Assembly: GCA_951406725.2 (NCBI GenBank)
Contig: OX597818.1
Span: 48,298,001-48,362,000, forward strand
DNA from: Octopus vulgaris
Taxonomy: Eukaryota
Reading direction: 5' to 3'
DNA: 64,000 nt
Shown here piece by piece: positions 53,625 to 64,000 of the stretch. Within the stretch, counting starts at the first letter, position 1. Every line of letters begins with the position of its first letter. The translations under genes were made by a program, and so were the position numbers. The notes beneath the pieces were generated by a model, which worked only from the letters and a program-made list of their open reading frames with translations, was not told the DNA's origin and did not search any database.

Positions 53625-54596
53625 TATACACTCTCTTGGAGTGGTTGGCATTAGAAAGGGCATTCAGCTGTAGAAACTCTGCCAGATCAGATTGGAGCCT
53701 CATACAGCCTTCTGGCTTGCCAGTCCTCAGTCAAACCGTCCAACCCATGCTAGCATGGAAAGCAGATGTTAAATGACGATGATGATGATGATGATAAACT
53801 GTCTGTAATAATTGCTTTAAACTTTGTTCTGCTGCTATTTTTCTAGACAAAAAAGAGTTTACAGCTGTATTTTGTTTTCAGTGTATATACAAGATTTATC
53901 TTTCGTTTAGACAAAATTTATAATTTGATTAATACTTTCTTTGTAAAAAATAAAATAGAAAAAGCTTATTTGATGTAGTGCAGAGGTCATCATTTCATTT
54001 CCTTTTTCCTAAGCCATAAAAATATTGATAGTAGAAGAGTTATGTCATTTTTCCTGCTAACTGAAACGTTTATCTTTACTAGGGTTGCTTTGACCCTTTA
54101 GTATTTAAACTGGCCACATCCAACCCAAATAGTCTACCTATTTTATGTTCGAACTAAGGAGATCCAGCCTCTTAAAACTACTCAACAATGACATTCTAAA
54201 AATAAACAACCACATCATTGAAATTTGAAAGCTGTGAGATAATGCATGACAAATTCAAAAGAATGAGAATAAATGAGCATTACATTTGACCAAGCAATCA
54301 TTATCATCGTTTAACAAGGCTTTGGTCGGCCCAAGGCTATAGTAGACGACACTTGCCCAAGGTGCTACGCAGTGGGACTGAACCCGGAAACATGTGGTTT
54401 GGTAAGCAAGCTACTTACCACACACCCACTCCTACGATGTTAAATATCTTGGTAATATAATCATTATCTCTCAGCATCTGTGTACATGGTCTGCATGGCT
54501 CTCACAAATGATTCAGTGTTGTTGGCGTTTTTTTATGTGTTCCTTGTTTCATTTTCATTTTTATGATTTATCTTTTTTCTTTTATTTATATTTCAG

Positions 54597-54821
54597 CATC
54601 TCGATTTGAATTTTGGTATCTAGGCAATTTTAATATGATGAACCCAGTTTTAAAAGTTGCAATGGGACAAAATGGAGCTTGTTACCATTTTGAAGAAATA
54701 TCACGAATATGGGACCGAGACTTTTTAGAAGCAGTATTTCATTTTAGTGAAGGATTACAGAAATTACATCTGGATTGTGATGAAATTGGTTTGATACAAG
54801 CTATCAGTATTATGTCAGTTG
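54597..54821 (+). CDS. Nuclear receptor coding exon 5 (LBD helices 5-8)
   Basis: tttcag acceptor; (A)SRFEFWYLGNFNMMNPVLKVAMGQNGACYHFEEISRIWDRDFLEAVFHFSEGLQKLHLDCDEIGLIQAISIMSV; donor g|gtgagt, phase 1. Confidence 0.92.
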
Positions 54822-55702
54822 GTGAGTAAGAAATTCCCCAATTCTCCTTTTAAAAATAGACTTTCTGTATCTTTACTAGACTCTTAGAATATTGCTTGAT
54901 ACTTATTTTACAAATTCTTGAAAAGCAAGACTTAGTTAACTTAGATTGATTTCTACAGCTGGATGCCCTTCCTAACACCAACCACTCCAAGAGTGTAGTG
55001 GATGCTTTTACGTGTCACTGGCACGAGGGCCAGTCAGGTGGTACTGGCAACGGCCATGCTCAAATGGTGTTTTTTAACATGCACCTGCACAGGAGCCAGT
55101 CCAGCAACACTGGCAACGACCTCGCTAAAATGTTTTTTCATGTGCCAGTAAGGAGACACGCTAGTAACGATCACGCTCGAATGGTAGTTTTTACATGCCA
55201 CTGGCATGGTAGCCAGTTAGCTGCTTACGTGAAATAATGTGACCTGCTCAAGGCCACAATGCGCCCCCAGATATTGAACTCACAATCTTATGATCTTGAG
55301 CCAAATACCCTAAACTACTTCTCCATGTGACTTCCCTGTTGTTTAAAATTCTATAAAAATGCAACATCTGAATTACAATAAAGAAGAAAAATATATTTTC
55401 TTAAAGTGATCAACTCTGTCCTCTTTCAAGCACACACACACATCAACTAAGATAATAGTTTTTGAGTTCAAATTCCGCCAAGGTTGACTTTGCCTTTCAT
55501 CCTTTCGAGGTTGATAAATTAAGTACCAGTTGCATACTGGGGGTCAAGCTAATTGACTGGCCCCCTCCCCAAAGATTTTTGGGCCTTGTGCCTAGAGTAG
55601 AAAAGGATGTGATAGTTTTAATTTATTCAATCTATAATTGACTTTGTCTTAATTCTATTAGTTTTTAATTGCATTCTATTCCCTTTTTTTTTTTTTTTAC
55701 AG

Positions 55703-55944
55703 ATAGGTGCACTCTTGAGGAACCAAAGAAAGTTGAAGAAATTCAGCTGAAATTAGTCAATTGTCTCGATTACTTTTTGACTCAAAGAGATCCCACAAGT
55801 AAACAACGCCTTGCAAAGATCTTTGATCGTCTTATGTCATTGCGAACTCTTACGGAATGGAATGTTAAGCTCATACATTCAATGAAGGTGGAATGGGCTG
55901 TTTTTAGAGAAAATCCGCTTCTTTATGAAATTATGACAATATGA
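55703..55944 (+). CDS. Nuclear receptor terminal coding exon 6 (LBD helices 9-12, AF-2)
   Basis: poly-T + acag acceptor; (D)RCTLEEPKKVEEIQLKLVNCLDYFLTQRDPTSKQRLAKIFDRLMSLRTLTEWNVKLIHSMKVEWAVFRENPLLYEIMTI-stop (TGA ends 55944); AF-2 motif PLLYEIM. Confidence 0.93.
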
Positions 55945-58900
55945 CATTGATCTTCTATTGCTATTTTCTGACCGGAAGCTAAACCCTGTTTGAAAGCAGG
56001 TCTTAAAATACTTTTTACCAGACATTTATTGATATTTTTATCTAAAATTTCATTACCAAAATTTCAACATTTCTTTCATAAAAAAAAGACTTCATTTTGC
56101 ACTAAAAGATAGTGTTTATTTGATACCATGCAACTTATAAGAAATGTACTCAGTTGTATGGATTATATTTCATTATAAATTTATTTTGAATGATTTATAC
56201 TGGATCAGAAAGTGTCTAACAAATTCGAAATAGGTTGCATGCTTCCTATTCTTCAAGTGATATGCAGTTATAACATATGCATGTATGCATGATTGTTAAT
56301 TTGTGTGTCTATGTGTCTGAGAACATATACATACTTTTGTATATGTGTGTGCGTGTATCTGTTTTGTTTTTAAATTTAATTTAAATGAAAAAAATTTGAA
56401 TTTCTACAAAATGATGTAAAAGGGTTAATACCTTTTGATGGCTAAGTTAATATACTTTTTTTCTTTTTTTTTTAAAATCTGTTTTAAAATCCAAGATTTA
56501 GCCTTCATGTTAAAGATAAAAAGTAATTATAAATTCTCAAAATATTTAGTGGAAGAAACTAAATTGTGATATTAGAAATATTTCATTGGTTTTTTTTTTT
56601 TTTTTTCTTTGCTTCCATATCACATGAGTGATATCACATGAATAATAAAAAAATTCCAACAAGCATATTTGACTACAAAGTACCAACTGCTGGCCGGCTC
56701 TTTTGGGGAGTGTGATAACAATAACCATTGAATTGTTTTAATTTCAAATCTGTGTGATTCTCTACTTGTGGATATTTGATAGTGTGAATACACTGTTTAC
56801 CATTGAGTACCTGAAGAATGGAACCAGATATGTGGTTCATGAACCAATAATTGCTCAGTATGTTCAAGACATAACGTCATATATTCTGTTGCCTTGTGAA
56901 GATGGTTACCTGGATACATTTGAATCTGGATCTTGTATATGGAAGAAGAAAAAGAAACTTTTTTTTTTTTTGAGAACTTAGTACACTGAATATTACTTAA
57001 TAACTTGACAGTAATTTTGCAGGCCTAAATTTAACGACTTACTGTTCTGTTAAGATGTATATGTCTATATTTTTTTGTTATAACACACATAGTTTGTTGG
57101 CATATATATATTATTTGCATGGAGCTAAATCAAACTGTTTTATATGATAATATATGTAACTCCTATGTCAAGAATCATCCTATGTCGAGTGTCATTTTCC
57201 TTCATTTGTCCACTTCCTCATGTATGTGTGTGCATATATAATATATATATATGTGTGTGTGTGTGTGTGTTAGGAATATTTTTATGTATTAAGATAAAGA
57301 AAAGAGACTTGGTTCCATTCCAGTTGATTATATTAAATTAATTAGCTTCTAGTCTGAAATTGAAGTGGTTACAAAATGGACTAATTAGCGTAGGAATTAG
57401 TTCTTTTTAATGGAGTTCATGATTTAAGCTTTGTGGATTTTTTTTTTTTTTTCCGACTTATGGTGGTGCTATTGTCTTTAAGAAAAGTGTAAAAGTTTCC
57501 ATTTTCTTCCACATCATCAATTCATGTGAAATTTATTAAAATATATATATATTACTGAAATTTTATTAAGGCTATTTAAAAACTTCATTTATTACCAGTG
57601 TTCAAGTTTGTAGCCAACCCTTGTCAACTCTATAGATTTAATTTACTTCTTGTGTTAAATTCATAAAAATATTTCCTACATTTTCCAAGTAATTTAAGCT
57701 TTTTTCTTATTTTAGTCCTTTTTCTGAATATTTTACATAAGATTAAATAGAAAGAAAATTTGCATACATTTCAAAAAGAAAGTCATTAACACACATACGT
57801 CCTCTCTCTCTCTCTCTCTCTCTATACACTCTCACACATACACACACCATCAAATTTTTGGAGTCAGATGAGTGGTATAACAGTTAAAATAAGTTTTACT
57901 TCATGAAAAAAAGTATCATAAATGTTTCATGTGTCTTTGATTTTTTTGTGTGTGTTTGGGAATTTTTTTTTTTTTTTGTGAAGAACTACATATGCTGAGA
58001 TATTAAAATATATTCTCATTTCTATAAATTTGAAATTAATTATTGCAAATGAACACCAAATTGGAAATATATTTTTAAGATTTGTTATCAGTTACCAATT
58101 CAAATAACTGAGTGCACATTTCATACATTACCTGCATTTTTACTTTAATTCTTGTGGTTGGAATGCTTAGTCCTTTTGTGATTTTTTTTTTTTTATTTGC
58201 CTTCTTTTTAAAGTCATCTTTTACATTATTCTATGTTTAAAAAAAAAGTTATATAAATGAATTTCAACATTTAATATTATGGTCATTTAAAAAGACTATA
58301 TAATTAAAAAATAGTCAAAAAGTGTGTATATATATGTGTGTGTGTGTGTAACAATTTATAAAACTGGTGCTGATAAGTAACTGAAACTGTTGCTTTGTGA
58401 AATTTTATTTGTAAAGAAAAAAAAGACATCAATAGATACCCTGTGAATATTAAAGTAAATCAAACTGAACTAAATTTGAATGAGTTTTGACAAAAGTCAA
58501 TTGGTACATATATTTTTCTTACACATGAAATGCTGGGTTCTTTATTCTCTAGAATTTTATACGCTTAATTCTAACATTTCATCTTGCTGAGATATGTAGA
58601 TATTGTGCCTTATCCAAACGCTGGTTACGAAGCCTAAGTTTTTTTTTCTTAAAAAAAAAACATTTTAAATATATAAGAAGCTTTAATAATATTAAACAAC
58701 TGCAATTGTTATACAACGTATGTCATTGAAATAATATTTATTTTTGTGTCTATCTTCAATATCAATTGTACCCTAAATTCATGCTTGTGACATTTCTTTT
58801 TCAATCTTTCAATATTTTATTACAACTTGAATTGCTATTAACTGTCAACTAGTTTTGGATCACAAAACATATATTGATATATTTTTTTCTAAATATCTTT

Positions 58901-59154
58901 TTATATATATACAAATCATAATGTTTGCATGCGTGTGTGTGTGTGTGTATGCATGTATAGTAGTAGCTTTTTTTTATGGCTAGTACTAAGAAGAGAGTAT
59001 TAAATACTAAGACAATAGAGTGAATATATAAATTTATATTTCAAATTGAGAAATTCAGCATAACTTACTGCTCCAAGTTTCTCATTGTGGGTGGTCTTCT
59101 TGAAGATTGCTCTCAGCCACAAATTTAGAGTAATAAGCTTGAATTTTTCTTTTC

Positions 59155-59202
<48 letters not shown>

Positions 59203-59211
<9 letters not shown>

Positions 59212-59530
59212 AATTAGAAAAAAAACCACCTTTTATCAATTCAAAATGAACAATTAAATTACACCATCTAGATAATTACATATAATAGAAATATAAAAAA
59301 TAAAATAACAATAATATACCAATGATTAAGTAAATTGCAAAATAATAATAAAAATGTTATTCTACCAAATATATACGTTTTTATTATTATTTTGCAATTT
59401 ACTTAATCATTGGTATATTATTGTTTTTATTTTTTATATTTCTATTATATGTAATTTTCTAGATGGTGTAATTTAATTGTTCATTTTGAATTGATAAAAA
59501 AGGTGTCTTTTTTCTAATTTTTATATATAT
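59203..59530. repeat. Long near-perfect inverted repeat (~155-bp arms, ~17-nt loop)
   Basis: 59203-59357 is the reverse complement of 59375-59530 with few mismatches. Confidence 0.93.
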
Positions 59531-60653
59531 TTTATATTTTGTGAAATTTGATTTAGTATTTCTAAATTGAATTTTTCCCTGTAAGTTAGGAATAATATTC
59601 CCTCAAATTATTATTATATATATACTGGCAGAGAGAGAGAGAAAACCTAGAATCTGGTATTATTTTTCTTATAAGTTTGTTCACCTGCTTGTTGATCTCA
59701 GCATATGTGCCCTAACCTCAATATATATGAAGTTGTTTAATTTGTATTTTTTTAACTGCTTGCATAACATAACATTATATTCTATTGGCCAATTTTCAAT
59801 GGATGATTTTTTTTTTTCTTTAAAGTGTCCTTAAGAACATTTTTCATGCCAATGTTTTAGAACTTTTTTTTTTTCCATTTTTCACTTTCATTTACAAACA
59901 TTGAACAGATATGGTAAGTTGCTGCCAAATACTTTAATGGATATTATAGAAATTTTGAAAGTAAGTTACACTCCAACACCTTTAAGTTCTTACTCAGTTT
60001 GTACTATAGATAAAATCAATTCTTTTTTTTTTTTTTTTATACTTTGTGATTGATATGCAGGAGAAACATGGAAATGTTTTACTGTTTTTGAATCAGTGTT
60101 GTGGTGTTTTTTGGGGGGCTTTTTTAAGTCTCTTTTACTCAAATTCTGGTGCTATTTTATATTTTGTAGTAGAAAGTGCATCTATTATTTCTATCAAAAT
60201 ATCCTTCCTTTGCTATTATTCTAAAATTCAGTTCATACAAGATTTTTTGCAAAGGTGAAAACAAGCTAGGGTTTCTCTGATTTAATTAAGCATTTAACGA
60301 AACTTCTCTTGAGCTTGCTAAATTCTTATAATTGATAAAAAAAATTTTTAATTTTAATTAGGATTAAGCATAGTCCTGTTTTACCATTTTGTGTTTAGCT
60401 ATTAAATATCAACAGAACAATTAATAACTGCTGGCTTAATTACAGACATCAAGTCAGTATTGAGAAGACTGTCAAATGTAATGCTTATTTGTTCACATTA
60501 TTTTGAATTAATCATGCATTATCTCATAGCTTCAAGAATTCAATGAAATGATTGTTTATTTTTAGAATGACATTGTAGAATAGGTGTGAGAGGCCAGATT
60601 TGGTCCATTTGAAAATAAGGCAGGTAGAATATTTAGGCCTGATATGGCTGGTT

Positions 60654-60880
60654 TAACCCTTTCATTACCAACCCGGCTGAAATCAGCTCTGGCTCTGAGT
60701 ACAAATGTCTTGTTTTTATAAGTTTTGAATTAAAATCTTCCACCAAACCTTAGTCACAGTTTATGTTCTTAACACTAGCTTAATGATAACCAAGTTATTT
60801 TACTAATTTCTTTGTTATATTTAAAGTAATTTAAAGAAACACAGAGCATCTCAAAATAAATATAGTAATGAAAGGGTTGA
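60654..60880. mobile_element. TTAA MITE family M2, intact, nested at a TTAA inside an M1 copy
   Basis: ttaa|ccctttcattac...gtaatgaaaggg|ttga termini; the same element in reverse orientation is split by the RTE at 32619-33694. Confidence 0.75.
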
Positions 60881-63212
60881 ATGCCAGTTTAAGGGTATTA
60901 GAAATTATATTTTCAATTGATAAAATTTCCTATTTATCAATTTCCTGTTTCTAAAAGTGCAGGTTAACATAACACTATTATGGTACATTCTTTGCAAACA
61001 ATATCTGCAACCTAGGTAGAGTCACTTTATCTAATTTCTCATGTGATGCCTGTACAAACTAGAAGAAAACTTTAAACTGTCTATTTATTAGTTGTTGTAA
61101 ATGATGTCAAAAGTAAATTCATTTTTATCTATAAGTACCTTCCTCCGGTAAACCTAACCAAATTGCTAGTAAGAAATTATGTGAAAGATTTTCTTCTAAC
61201 AAAGTTTGAATACAAGATAGATTTTTAAAATTATCTTGTTGAACAAAGTGTTGCCATGCAAATGTGTATGAATATTTAGCTATTTTACTTTTACTAACCA
61301 AAGTTACAAAAAGTAATATTCCAACACAATCTAGTTAATGTTGATTTGTTTACTTTAATAGACTGAAGTTGAAAAATTGAAGTCTGTCTTAATAGAAAAA
61401 AAAATATTAGTGAAAAACTTTGTAGATGAAAGATGCGGTTATTTGTCTAGTGGGTGTGACTGTCAGTCAAGGTAGATCAGTATTTTGCTAGTATCTGGGC
61501 AAGATATCATTAGGAAGACTAGCAGTTGCCCATACATGTAGGTCACCCTTCTCCATGCCAACAATGTTATCCAAAACACACATACACACAAAAAGCTTCT
61601 TTCAGTTTCTGTATACTAAATCAACTCATAAGGTTTTGTTCAGAGTTATAATAGAAGATTCTTACCTAAGATTCCATACACTGGGACTAAGCCCAAAACA
61701 ATGCGGTTGGGAAGTGAATTTCTTAACCATACAGCTTTACTTTCATCTATAATATATAAACAATTAACAACCCCTGTTGGGCATGAACTACCATTTGTCC
61801 GGCTAAGAGCTGAATATATTACTGATTGTACCACGGAGACAATGTTAGTTTAAATATCATGTTCTCATTTGGAATTTTTAATAGCTTTTTGTTCAGATTT
61901 TGGGAAAACAAATGTGATTAAAATAAATTGAAAACCAAGTGCCTTATTCATATATCTTAATGAGCAGCTAATTAAGACAAAGAAGGATAGAAAGGACCAT
62001 GGGTCCAAAGTTTGTGTTCACTTCTGGTGTTTTGTTAGCCCTTTCTCCTTTGTTAATCTTCTCCTGGATCAGCTAGTTGTGGAGAAGAGGTGCCAACTCT
62101 TCTATAAATGTACCTCATGATAAACAGGTGTTCTAAATAGTTCAAAGTATGGAGGTAGGCAAAAGCACTGTAAACTTTCTAAGTTTTTTAATGTTTCTAT
62201 TTATGATTGTTTTGATTTTTTTTTTTACATAGGTGTATTCATAAATGAAACATAACTTACAATTCCAGCTCTGAATTTCATAGGTAAATTAGCTTACAGC
62301 TATAGGAAACTACAGGGTGTTGCACAAACATTCAGCTCTGTGCACTACTTTTGAAAGCAGAAACAGCTGTGAGGACTCCTGTTCTCTTGTCATTCATAAT
62401 TAATATTACACCCTGTACTAGCCTAGCACTTCACTCTAAAGCATATGTATATAGTTCTAACAACTGGTTATTAGTATTGCTGTGCCTAGACAAAATCACG
62501 ATAGATAGATGTGGTCCTGACAGAATACAAAGTGTTCAAGTGTTATAAAGGAAAATATTCAATTATGTTATTTTCAAATCTTATTTGGTAACATATTTTT
62601 AAGGTTTTGACAAAGATCTTTCAAATATACAAATAGAGATTTTAGTTTGATCACTAGAAAATTACTTGCAGTAGATTAATAAAATCTATATTTCTGTTAG
62701 CATTAACCGTACTTGAATGGCATAAAAGACACACAAGCATATTAGATGCACCTTAATTCAGCAGCGCATATTCAGGGAAAAAAGTTTTTAGTACCTTAAA
62801 GTATGTATCATGGCCCAACTTCACATGTAGGACCTAGGGTGATTTTTTTTTTTTTTCCCTCCTATTTTTTAAATTTCTTTTTAAACATTTTTTGGTTAAA
62901 AAGTGCGTCTTATCTGCTAACAAATATGTTACGTCTTTGTACATTGCCTATTGTTAAACTTGCAAATTATACATTTAAATGGAAGACTTTTTTTCTAAAA
63001 AATATTTTCAAATCACTTTTAACAAATCCTGTTAGTTGCAAACAGTGAAAATAAAAATCAGTTTGTTTCATTCCAAATTGTAGTGTAGGAATAAATTTGG
63101 TTGAAGCTAAAAACAACCTTAATATTCTTTCTTGTATATTTAATTTTCATTCCATGTTCTGCTGTAATCTGAGAACATCATTTTACTACTGAGCTTATTA
63201 CTGCATCCTCTG

Positions 63213-63254
<42 letters not shown>

Positions 63255-64000
63255 GTCAGATATATATATATATATATATATATACCATTTTACTGAACCT
63301 TCAGTTTTTTTATATGCTAGACCACTAGTGTGAAATCGATGTTAATTAAATTAATACCTAATTTCTCAACCTCATTTTAAATTTAAAATTAAATTTATAT
63401 ATATATTAATATATATAAAATAGAGTGTGTATGTATGAGTATATGTAATATACACACACAATTGAATTATTCCAGGTTTCTAATATCATAATTTCTCCTT
63501 CATATTTTATATTATCTTTGTTTAGCAACCTGAACCAACTGTGATATATCTAAAAATCTTGTGTATTTTCCATTGACTGTATCTGTGCACATCTTTAACG
63601 AAACATGTTAAATTACTGTTTAAAATTTTAATCGCTCTGTTGTTTTGTTTTGTTTTGTTGGGTTTTTTTTTCTCTCAATGGTGAACTGAGATTTTGTTCA
63701 TTTTCATCAAAAAACAATATAAATACCTGTGTTAAATAATGTCAAATAATAAATATGTTAATATGAAATAAAATTGGTTAAGTTTTGTTTTTATTTTATT
63801 TGAAATAGAAAAATTATACAGTTTACTTTATTCTTTTCTTTCCATTATATATGTATGTGTGTGTGTGTGTGTGTATAATATATATATATATATATCACCG
63901 TGACCAACCAGGCTATCAGATGTTGCTACACATCGCTGGTCACAATGCGCTTCGCATTGTTTTTAGCCTTAAAATGACGCCACCCCGCTGGCTAAGTGAG

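Overview
AT-rich, repeat-dense eukaryotic DNA. The SINE, RTE and microsatellite content suggests an octopus (coleoid cephalopod) genome; this is inferred from recognising the repeats, not from a search. There is one host protein-coding gene: a compact nuclear hormone receptor on the + strand with six coding exons (40886-55944), all introns GT-AG and phase-compatible, ~388 aa from ATG 40898. It has a C4 zinc-finger DBD with P-box CEACKG, an NR1-like T-box and an LBD with an intact AF-2. The rest is several tRNA-derived SINE families, an RTE-tailed repeat, LINE fragments (RTE x2, R4/Dong-like, CR1/Jockey-like), TTAA MITEs, a Helitron end and Penelope-like (PLE) relics. The most notable non-coding signal is four different minimal type-I hammerhead ribozyme motifs (15509-15554, 25075-25112, 26111-26145, 49657-49707). 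One has a compensatory G3-C8 core swap. Another sits in a tRNA-headed, (AAC)n-containing short element inserted with an inverted partial copy and a 14-bp TSD, a candidate PLE-mobilised ribozyme-SINE. A second SINE family repeatedly forms head-less 184-bp concatemers with a fixed junction. Almost all ORFs in the supplied track are repeat artefacts. Repeat boundaries are approximate.
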